Source: Octopus vulgaris
Taxonomy: Eukaryota
Direction: 5' to 3'
Length of the DNA stretch: 64,000 bases
NCBI GenBank assembly: GCA_951406725.2
Contig: OX597819.1
Coordinates: forward strand, 76,012,001-76,076,000
The position numbers and the translations under genes are program-made. Shown in pieces: positions 53,763-64,000 of the stretch. Positions within the stretch are counted from its first letter, which is position 1; each line of letters opens with the position of its first letter. The notes beneath the pieces were generated by a model, which was not told the DNA's origin, did not search any database, and saw only the letters and a list, made by a program, of their open reading frames with translations.

Positions 53763-55022
53763 TATATATGCATATAGATATATGTTCATGAATATGTTGT
53801 TATATACATATATATATGTGTGTGTGTGTTTGTGTGTGTGTGAGTGTGTGTGCGCGCGCGTGTATGGGTGTATACATTATAATATTGTTATATACTTACG
53901 CTACACACACACATTCAAGACCACTATATAGAGTTTCCACGATTCTTTGCGTCATGTAAGGTACCTATACTGAAATCGGACAGTTGGCACAAAATCCTGA
54001 AATATGTATATGTAAACTGAATTTGCATAAAATAATTATTCGAAGCACTCGTTATGGTGCTCAGGATAATTATTACTGTTAAACACACTTTAAAGCGTTC
54101 TGAGCTATTAATCTTAATGTTTTGAAAACACCTAGGTAAATAATCTTTTGCTTTATATGTGCCTTCGTGAGTTCAACAGATTTCACGAAACCCAGTTTTG
54201 CTTGTGCATACTATCTTTTTGGCTTAATGCATATGATTTAAACTGTGGCCTATATTCCTTTATGTCATCCTAAACCTTTTTGCTTGATCCCTTTTATGCA
54301 TTTCTAATTTATGGCGCATTTTTTTCAGTACATTTAAAACTATGTGGTTGCAGTTTTAATCTGGATATGAACTGAAAAGAAAGTTGCATTTAAAACTCGG
54401 AAGCTTTAAACTGATGTTACACTTCATGGTTTTGTGTATATGACCTGTATGAATTTAGATTTTCAGTTTATATATTTTTGAATACATCTAGTTTAGTGAA
54501 ATACAATTTTATATCTTGTGGGTAAAGGAGTTGTTGTCAAAAGTGTATATGATCTGTGTAAATATAAATTTCTCTTATTTTGTTTGCATTTTTTATGATT
54601 TCAAGTTGACTACTGAAATACAGTTATGTATATGTATAATATATTTTCATTTTTTTATATATACCTTCAAGTGCTATTTTAAAAAAAATCTTTCAGTCTT
54701 GAGCATACTGGTTATTAACTCTTTAAACATAGTTGATTTAATTCTTCGGTAAACATCTGCTTTACACTGCCTTCCGGATTTATTTTGAAAAATTATAAAA
54801 TAATAACTTTGTGCACGATTACAGTTGTATTTTTTAACAGATACTGTATTGGTTGTTCAGTGTATAAATTGAGGAAATTTGAATTCTGTTTTGCTCGCAT
54901 GCATCATTTTAATTGGTTCAATTATTACTGAAATACGATTGCATATATGCATAATATACTTTCATTTTCTGATATATGCTTTCAATTAAAAAAAAAAATG
55001 TCTTGACCAAGTGGTCACGGGT

Positions 55023-55418
55023 ATCTTTTTTATCTTTTCTTTTTTCCCAGTCATTAGACTGCAGTCATACCGGGTGACTGCTTTGAAGGTTTTTCAGTCG
55101 AAAGAATCGACCTCAATAGCGATTTTGTTTATAAACCCGATATTTTTGCCGAATCATTAAGTTCCAGGGACGTAAACATTCCGTCATTGGTTTTCAAGCT
55201 GCGTTGAGGGAAAGCACAGGCCGAGAAACACCTCCACACTACGTATATAGTTTGTTCGACGGGCGTTTTTTAGTTTCCGTCTACTAAATTCACTCACAAG
55301 GCTTTGGTCGGCTGAGACTATAGTAAAAGACATTTTCTCAAGCTTCCACACTGTGGGACTGAACCTGGAACTATATGGTTTGGAAGCAAACTTTTACCAC
55401 ACAGCCACGTCCTCGCCT
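55023..55418 (-). mobile_element. SINE family C
   Basis: gtttccgtctactaaattcactcacaaggctttggtcgg...gtgggactgaacctggaac...accacacagccacg. Confidence 0.8.
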
Positions 55419-55894
55419 TTCTTATTACGCAACCCCGCCTGTGTCTGTGTGTATAATATTACATGCGAAATTAAATTTTCATACATACCTTCCGGCTAAC
55501 GATGGGTCTCTTTATGTTCCATGAATGCAAACAATTTACGAAAATACAACCATTTTAACGTGTAATACACTTATTTTATTATATATGCTTTGATTTGCTT
55601 TTAAATTTAATTAGACGGTCGTTTATTCATCGATATCTTTCTAAATTTTATTCATTTAGTCCTTTGAAAAATGTCTGGTTTACCATTCCTTTCAGATGTA
55701 TTTTGATACATACACGTACTCATGTATTTCATATAAAATGAAAATGAAATAATACTGCCATTTCTCATGTGCTCAATTGATTCACAAGCCACTAAGCATT
55801 CGTAATTCGATGTCATTTTACTCTGATGCTTTTCAGAATCATACGTATAAGACAGCGATACCACCTTTTGATCTCAACATGAAGATAATACATG

Positions 55895-56022
55895 TTTCTT
55901 CTTCTTCTTTTTCTTCTTCTTCTTCTTCTTCTTCTTCTTCTTCTTCTTCTTCTTCTTCTTCTTCTTCTTCTTCTTCTTCTTCTTCTTCTTCTTCTTCTTC
56001 TTCTTCTTCTTCTTCTTCTTCT
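55895..56022. repeat. (TTC)n microsatellite
   Basis: Direct reading, ~42 units. Confidence 0.97.
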
Positions 56023-56611
56023 CCACCACCTCATCCTCCACGCCCTCCCCCAACTCCTTCTGTCCCTGTTGTTGCATACTTCTCAATTATTCTGTCTGGC
56101 ATTAACTAAATATATAGTTCCATAAAATATTTATTGCAGACAAGTTGGAAGCAATACTATACAAACTCCAAAAGATATATCAGATATCTCCGACTCTCTT
56201 GGAAACTCAAGTTGACAGATAACACAGTTTTATATATGATAGAATTAATTACAAGAAAATATCAACTTAGGATCCTTAATCTACATAGCTTGACTGATTT
56301 CGAACCCTACCAGTTACCATTTAACTATTCGATTTCATAGAAATAGGACCCAGATTTCTAACTCATCATACTTGCAACCTAAAAGGCGAGAACACTAAGC
56401 TCCCACAAGAAGGCAGGGTTGGAATATCTTTCATAATTAGTCAACTAATTTCTTTGATAATTAGTCTACTTGGTCACGGATTGTCTGAAGATAAAGAGAA
56501 TAATAAGACAAGCAACAACTAAAACGTCTATAGTATCAGTAATTCCTACATTCACATAGAATTTACTGACTACTGATATTAAGAAACTAAATAAATTAGT
56601 AAATAGGCTGA

Positions 56612-57100
56612 ACTCGGTGACTCGAGCTGCTAGAATTAGCGGCATTTCATCAGTCTTTGTGTTCCGAGCTCAAAATCCTTTGAGGTCGACTTTGCCTTTC
56701 CTTGTTTCGGGGTCGATAAAATAAGTATCAGTTGAGCACTGACGTCAATGTCATTGACTTAATCCCTCCACCTTAATTGTTGGTGTTGTACAAAAATTTG
56801 AAGCCAATATATAACACATTCTGTCAATTTCCACCCCCATCACAGCCACAATTGTATAATAATAACTATGTCTTAGACCCAAATACAGTAATTTTCAATA
56901 TGTGTATGTGTTTGTGATTGGCGATGGGATTAATCGATACAATCGATCCTAATACTTGACAGGCACTTTGCTTTATCGAGCCCAAAAGAATGAAAGGCAA
57001 AATTAAAATCTGGCCCATTTTAATACACATCATAAAGAGCCGGAAGTAATATTGCAAACAGTTTTTCCAACGATATACTGAATCTGCGAATCTACCGCGC
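56612..57100. mobile_element. Two decayed family A SINEs, tail-to-tail (+ 56612-56810; - 56920-57100)
   Basis: gaggtcgactttgcctttcc...ggggtcgataaaataagta on +; tttatcgagcccaaaagaatgaaaggcaa on -. Confidence 0.65.
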
Positions 57101-57729
57101 TTCTTTTAATAGTAGTAATGATTTCCGCCACTGGAAAACTGCCATAGATTTGGGGAGATCCGAATAGTCTATTATAACGAATCATTATCTGATTGTATTC
57201 ATATTTTATTGTCCCTGCAAGTTGAAAGAAGAAAGTTCAACTCAGATTTGAACAAAGAAGGCTGTAAATAGAGAAACGTTATACGTTTTCTCCATCGATC
57301 TCTCCATTATGCCAATCCATCCATATATTATAATGATAACACCTACAGTTATTACAAGACATATCAATAAACAATATCTCAATGTCTGCCAAGTGACAAT
57401 GGAAAACAAACGATGACATTCTGATTGTGAAACACATGTCAACAACAATGGCTGACATATGAAATAAGATAATTTAATAGTGCGAACACAATTAGGAAAC
57501 ATATTCTTTTTAGATGGGAATGAAATGTCAAATAGACAATAACAATATAATTTAGGTTCGATATTTTCCATAAAATATATTTCCTGGATATATGTGTGTG
57601 TGTATGTTTGTGTGTGAGATGGTGGTGTTAGTTGTGAGTGTGTGTATGTATGTATATATGTATGCATGCATGCATGCATGTTTGTGTGTGTGTGTGCACT
57701 CGTGTGTTTGTATGCATATTTATTTATAT

Positions 57730-58176
57730 ATCTTTGATTTGGTCAAACCATTCATCGACACCTACTTGCTATCGGAAAAGATAGCAAATTGGGTCAATGG
57801 TTTTCTCCTAAACTTTCCGAGTCTAATGCTCGTCCACATACAGCGAGGATGACATTGCAAAAGCTGGAGCAGTTTGAAGGGAAAACGATGCCTCACCCAC
57901 CATATTCGCCGGACATTGTCTCTTCTGATTAACATTTTTTCTAAAGTCTTCGAACTCATTTGAACGGAAAAAATTCTGTAGAAAATATGAAAAATATGAA
58001 TTCTGTAGACGAGATTACAACAGTACTGGAGGTGGATTTTGCAAGTCTACCGGATAGATGGAAGGGCATCTAGAAAATGAAGGAGAGTATATTTTAGATA
58101 AGAACTTTGTTCATCTTAATTTTGAAAAATAATAAAAAGTATAACAAAGAACCGCATTATTTATGGGATGAACAAT
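57730..58176 (+). mobile_element. Internally deleted mariner relic
   Basis: KLGQWFSPKL is joined directly to NARPHTAR...MPHPPYSPDI. TIR-like end cgcattatttatgggatgaacaata. Confidence 0.75.
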
Positions 58177-58289
58177 ACATATACCCAATGAATAGGTAAC
58201 GACTATGTTAATCTATTTTTTTTGCACTTCGCATCGTTTTGCGGAGATAACCACAGTATCTATTTACCATGAAGGTTAAATTATGTTTA

Positions 58290-58740
58290 TTATTCATCCA
58301 CCTTCTCTACCCACAATTCCTGAGATAGTCGTGGGGGTAGAGTCCTCAGGCACCTCCTCCATAGGGTCCCACGAGAAGCAACCGTCATTAGATTTTCCGG
58401 CTAGATTCCTAAACATGACCGACTGTAACCATGGATATTCTCCAACCATGCAATGGTCTGGCTTTTGGTCTACCCGAAGGGCTCTTACTGGTTGGCTCGG
58501 TTTGAAAAATCTTCCTGCGATTCTTTCCTGTGACATTCTAAGTACATATCCTTAGTACCGGAGCTGTGACCTCTCAATGCGGAGAAGCAGCGGCTCGACC
58601 TGGAAAGACTCCCAGATCTCGGAGCTCTGCACCCTTTCAATTAATGTTCCTTCGGAGATTCTTTGGAGATCCTTCGGACGAAACCTATATCGGCTGCTTG
58701 TATTTAAGATCGGCCTCTTTTGGTCATTACTCAATATTCA
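58290..58740 (-). mobile_element. RTE/Expander-like LINE 3' fragment
   Basis: QVEPLLLRIERSQLRY*GYVLRMSQER is the typical RTE C-terminal signature. Confidence 0.7.
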
Positions 58741-59673
58741 TGGTGATAGGTCACGTTAAACACGAAAACAGAACTGAAGATAGTGCATTACTGTGTCCTG
58801 CATCAACAATCCTAGCATCTATTCCAGCCTCCTTTCTTAGTGATATTTCACTAACATGCAGAGTGCATTGGGAAGATTTTCTCGAGCGGTCTGACATCTC
58901 AGTCGTCGAATCACCATCTCGCATATGTAACGTTGTGGTTTGCCAACATCGTAGTCTAGCTACATTTTAATGCACACCAGTTTTATATAGATCATATCTG
59001 TACTGTCATATATGCATACTCCCAATCTCTTTCTCTTTATATAAGTGTGTGCACGAATTTCTGTGTACTTTTAATAAACATATATGGTTATATAAACAGA
59101 TCTGGTTTCACCTCGTTATAACCAGCTTATCGAGTGCCTACTTCATTTCCTCTACGGAGAGGGAAATCAGCTTAAAATTACTTACAACAAATACTATGTG
59201 TTACTGACACCAATTGTACTCATTTGCATATAAATACATTCATTAATGACGTTCACTAAATACAAACTAAATATAATACTACTGGAAGAAAATTGCCACA
59301 ATCATCAGGTCAGGTTGTTGGTAATGTCATTTATTCACTGCAATAGAAAGTCCCATAGCATTTAATTCAAACTTTTCTTTAAGTTCAAATCCCGCCAAAG
59401 TCCAGTTTATGTTTTCTTTGTTCGGGGTCGATAAAAATGTTCCTATCCTCTGTGGTTTGTTGGTAGAACTATTGCAAAACTGGGCAGGATAATTTGCATT
59501 TATCTGTTCGCTTTTTTTTTGTTTTCATTTCCGAACTGTAATATCTATAATTTAGGTTATCCATCCAGCCATCCATCCATCTATTCATAATCTAAACCAA
59601 TACCAGTTATTTGACTGTTCATATTTTTATTCGACTATGCACGTAACTACTCAATGATAAACCGCCTATAACC

Positions 59674-59765
59674 ATTCATTGCTGGGCAGCTATTTATTTT
59701 AGCTGCAGTTCAAATCTTTATATTTCATTGCTGGGCAGCTTTTTATTTTAGTCGCAGTTCAAATC
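59674..59765 (+). repeat. ~50-bp tandem duplication
   Basis: ttcattgctgggcagct...gcagttcaaatc occurs twice. Confidence 0.85.
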
Positions 59766-59896
59766 GGAATATTCGGTAGTATATCATTTTGGCATTTATT
59801 GTATGCATCCAGGAAATATAATATGCAAGGGAGACCAAATTATTTTGGCTTATACATCAATCGACCGATCGAGCGATCCATAAACACATGTATGTA

Positions 59897-59960
<64 letters not shown>

Positions 59961-59974
59961 TTTTAATATTTCGC

Positions 59975-60005
<31 letters not shown>

Positions 60006-60486
60006 GATTATACGTAAACACTACTAAGCGCCATTACTCCGACAATTTTTCTCGATCGGGCGATCGAGCGAAAATCAGTCAATGTGTTGGCTGAATAATA
60101 TATAAAGCTATATGGTTTATATAGTTCGTTCAGAGTTGCCTCGCTTAGGTACATCTCCTTTTGGCTACTGCGTGTTTGTGAATTAAATTTATTATTATCT
60201 AATGTTTCATTGTTATTGCAATGTTTGTTGTACTTGTTGAAATTCGAACTGTTGTTAATTTATGAGCTGTTATATTCGCCCTGCGGGGCAGAAAATTGTG
60301 GAACTTTTGATATTGTTAGAAACAACTGCTATTTGAACTTGTGATTTGAAATCTTTGATTTTTTACCCTTTCAAAAGTTAATGAATATTATTTGTGTTAA
60401 ATGATTTTGTCAAAAATTACTTTTTGTCATTATTTTTGGCAAAAGTATTTTTTGTCAACTTGTATATTGCTTTTGAAGGAATTATT

Positions 60487-61440
60487 TTTCTGTGAAATTT
60501 CATTATGGAGTACAACTTACTGTCTCAGAAGGACTTCCCAGAAATGGAAAAAGTACCAAGCAAAGAAACTGATAATGTGAAACATGTACTCAAGGAAAAG
60601 CAAGCCTTTCGTCCGCCGTAGGCGGTAATATGAAACTGCTGGAGGTGACTAAGGCAGAATTGTTCAAGTATAGAAATCGCATGAAAAAAAAAAACAAAAA
60701 CAAAAAAACAACAACATAAATTAGAAATTATACATGATTGTTCCATCCACAAGAAATTGAGCAGAATATATCTGTGAGAACAGTGGTATATAAGACGTAT
60801 AATATAAAGGAAAAAAAGATTATGACATGTAAAAATGAAGTAATTGAAAGGTGTCTAGCGCCTATATGGAATAGAATTGTGTACTTTGGCTGTGGTAGAA
60901 AGAATGCCCCGGTCAAGGCACAGTTTGCTAATGAGAATACGGCAAAGAAATTATCAACCAGAACATGAAAAAATTATGAAATAATTCTGCTACCAACGAC
61001 AGGAGAACGGCAAAAATCACAGTGGAAGAAATACCAGCTGGATTCGACGTAATTTGGATAGCAGCAGCTATCACCTACGATATGGAAGAAAAATATCTGT
61101 TTTACAGATGAAGAAAAAAGAGGCTGAGATTTGGAAGGGACAGACCCTTGAGGTCGTGGTTCAAGACACTCTAGAAGTCCTTGAAGGCCTTGAAGGACTG
61201 CCCGATAGGATTTTTATAGGGTAGGGGTTGAGTGTGAGACTCGCAGTAGAGGGGCGTAGGCCGCGCTGCTTTAAGTGCAAACCTAAAGAAAAGAAGAGTG
61301 AAGCCACGCCCAGAAAAGAACCGCTAAAGACGGGAGAAAAAGAGAAACAAACGGCAAGGATAGCAAAAGCAGTGAAAGAACCGAAAAGATAAGAAAAAGT
61401 TTAAAAATCCCGCAAGAAATAACCCAAAACACAGATGAAC
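60487..61440 (+). mobile_element. Decayed L1/Tx1-like ORF1 fragment
   Basis: EGLPDRIFIG*GLSVRLAVEGRRPRCFKC (knuckle-proximal ORF1 motif), followed by a K/E-rich tail. Several stops. Confidence 0.5.
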
Positions 61441-61449
61441 AAAATTGAT

Positions 61450-62255
61450 TTTACTGTGGGGCTGCACCATCTCATCCGATGCAAGGATCGATAAGGAAAT
61501 TTACAATAGACTTTCTAAGTCAAATAGCTCCTTTGGCAGATTGTACAAACGTGTTTGGCACAATGGTGGCCTGAAGAACAAAACAAAGATCAGTGTCTAC
61601 AGGGCCGTGGTTCTCACCACACTTCTCTACGTCTCAGAGACCTGGATCACTTACCGCAGTCACATCCGTCTCCTTGAGCGCTTCCACCAGCGATGTCTTC
61701 GCACCGTCCTCAACATTCACTGGAGTGACTTCGTCACAAACATTGGAGTCTTGGAGCAAGCCGAGATCCCCAGCATTGAAGCCACGCTACTGAAGTACCA
61801 CATCCGATGGGCAGGGCATGTCTCCAGAATGGAGAACCATCGCCTTCCAAAGATTGCCCTGTTTAGCGAACTCTCCACCAGCCACCGAGTGAGAGGAGCT
61901 CCGAGGAAGCGCTACAAAGACTGCCTCAAGAAGTCTCTAACAGCATGTCAAATTATCCAGCAATGCTGGTCAGACCTGGCTGCGGACCGTGATGTCTGGT
62001 GCCACACGATCTTCAACGCAGTCAGCAAGTTTGAGGAACAAAGAAGAGACACACTTAGAGACAAGAGACGCACTTAAAGACAAGAGATGTAGGAGGATGG
62101 CGCGAGCCGCCTCTGACACCACACCGGATGTTACCTTTGTCTGTGGACGCTGCTCACGGACCTGCCTTTCCCATATCGGACTTGTCAGTCATGAGTGTCC
62201 ATGCACGCGACGTTGACAGTCTTCCTGATCTTCGTTCGCGAAGCCGAGCCATGAT
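61450..62255 (+). mobile_element. RTE-clade LINE, 5'-truncated 3' fragment
   Basis: TKISVYRAVVLTTLLYVSETW, FHQRCLR, IRWAGHVSRM, RGAPRKRYKD and the C-terminal CGRCSRTCLSHIGLVSH. The tail atgatg runs into (TATG)n. A ~20-bp duplication at 62046-62088 breaks the ORF. Confidence 0.92.
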
Positions 62256-64000
62256 GTATGTATGTATGTATGTATGTATGTATGTATGTATGTATGTATG
62301 TATGTATGTATGTATGTATGTATGTATGTATTCATGTGTGTGTGTGTGTGCATGCGTGCGTGTGTATATTTGTGTGTATACATACACAAATGGTTACTTC
62401 CAAATATGTGTGTAACTTTACCGATGTTTACCCACCCCCCGCCTCGGGAATATACATACTCATTCACACACTTACTCGCTCACCCTCTAATAGATGTGAA
62501 TGTGTATTTATGTGCAGAAATACACAAGCGAACATTCAACATTAAACAATGTTAAATGGTTTCTAGAAAAAGATGATTTTTTGCTTTACAAACACACCAA
62601 GCTCAATTGTCATCTTTTATTAAATTGGTTCTAATCGAATGTACCGCAAATTTTCTTAAATTCTAATAATTATATTTCCTTTCAATATATTGCAAAATTT
62701 TTTCGCTTGTCTTGCAAAGTTAATAGTCCCTTTGTTGTGTGTGAAATCCCCCATTCTCTCTCTCTCTTGATGTACTTCTGGCTCTATTTACTTCAGCACA
62801 CAATCTGCATGAAAACACAAGGAATAACCAATTAAATGCTGCTATTACCGAAAACTGACCGGAAATAATTATAATTAATATTATTCTAATTATGTAAATA
62901 CGGGAGACAACACTGGACGTGTTTCCTTTTTCAATATAACATCATCAGTGAATCATATACTTCACCCCTCTAAAAAGATGTTGGTAGGAGACGTGCTAAA
63001 ACAGAATTATTTATCGAATTAACATTTCATAGATGCCAGTTTTTACATTTTTGATGTGCCTCGTCGTCGTGTCCCCCTCGTCCCCCTTCTCGCCCTCCTC
63101 GTCGTCCACCTCCTTTTTGTACATCCGCTCATCTTCCTCCATTTCTTCCTCTTCTCTCTTTCCTTCCATATTCCATTTTTTAAAAAATCTCTGGTTTTTA
63201 TCCTACTTCTCAGTTTCTCCGTATTCGTTTGCTTTTCCCTGTCTTATAAACAAATAACGTGGAAGACTACTGCTGCGTTGCCGTCTTGACTTAGAAGTAT
63301 CTCTTTTGAGGACATCTATTTTCTTCTGGATAAGTAGATTTCTTTAGTTGATTGCTTCCTTAACGTAATTAATTGTAAATATTTAAACCCAGATTATAAC
63401 TGTTACTTACCTAGTTCTTTTTTTTTTTACTTTCTTAGGATTTTAAAATCTATTTTCTCGTCAACTTTATTTACAATTAAAGTTCTTCCTTCATATGCTT
63501 TCTCCTATAGATCTATATACATACTATTTAGGCATTTTAACTAATTATTTTAACTAATTATAGATGTGTCAGTATTGAGGTTCTACTTCTACTCGATCCT
63601 TCTCATTCTCATTATGATATCTTCTTCCTAGATACTTTCCTTCGCATTTCAATATCATATAGACTTCTTTACCTTCAGTATCTATTGTTAGAATACTCGC
63701 GCTTTTAAATAGTCCCATCCATTTTGTTATTATAACTGATATCAGTTGAACCAAATTTTCTCAATATGTCTAATAAGCTCAATAAAGCGAAACGTAATTC
63801 AATGATGCATAGATATATTACAATTTTTTTTTATTTAAAAAAGAATAATGAGACGAGTATGTATACAGGGAAGCATGCATGATGTATGTGCGTGTATGCT
63901 TGAGTGTGCGTGCGATTATGTGTGTGTGTGTGTGTGTGTGTGTTTGTGTGAGTGTGTGTGTGTGTGTATATGTGTGTCAGAGAGAGGGAGGGAGAGAGAG

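Noticed and set aside
57242-57679. 145-aa minus-strand ORF with a hydrophobic stretch
   Set aside because: It starts in a microsatellite and has no recognisable domain or convincing splice signals.
58926-59188. Possible solo LTR (TG...CA with AATAAA)
   Set aside because: No matching TSD or partner LTR found.
62911-62950. Minus-strand cactgatga...GAAACACGTCcagtg
   Set aside because: Stem II cannot pair and stem I overlaps the core. At best a very decayed HHR.

Overview
AT-rich, microsatellite-saturated animal genomic DNA. The SINE families and the (TA)n/(CA)n/(TACA)n/(TATC)n load strongly suggest an Octopus species (inference). I find no convincing host protein-coding exon, RNA gene or CRISPR array, and most ORFs in the track are microsatellite translations. 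The window is a transposon graveyard: a near full-length CR1/L2-group LINE (41.1-45.7 kb), a 5'-truncated R4/Dong-like restriction-like-endonuclease (RLE) retrotransposon inside (TAA)n (38.5-40.2 kb) with two decayed relatives, a Penelope-like element (PLE; RT + GIY-YIG, 12.3-13.8 kb), RTE, HERO-like and Tx1-like fragments, a complete mariner with perfect 37-bp TIRs, four more Tc1/mariner relics, a probable non-autonomous Helitron and many tRNA-derived SINEs. The most interesting non-coding signal is a set of hammerhead ribozyme (HHR) motifs. One has a canonical core and sits in a terminally redundant ~336-bp unit (7.84-8.26 kb) with a diverged second copy at 36 kb, which makes it a retrozyme-like candidate. 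Several minimal PLE-type hammerheads and long fold-back hairpins are also present. All alignments and folds were read by eye, and boundaries are approximate unless TIRs or TSDs are quoted.
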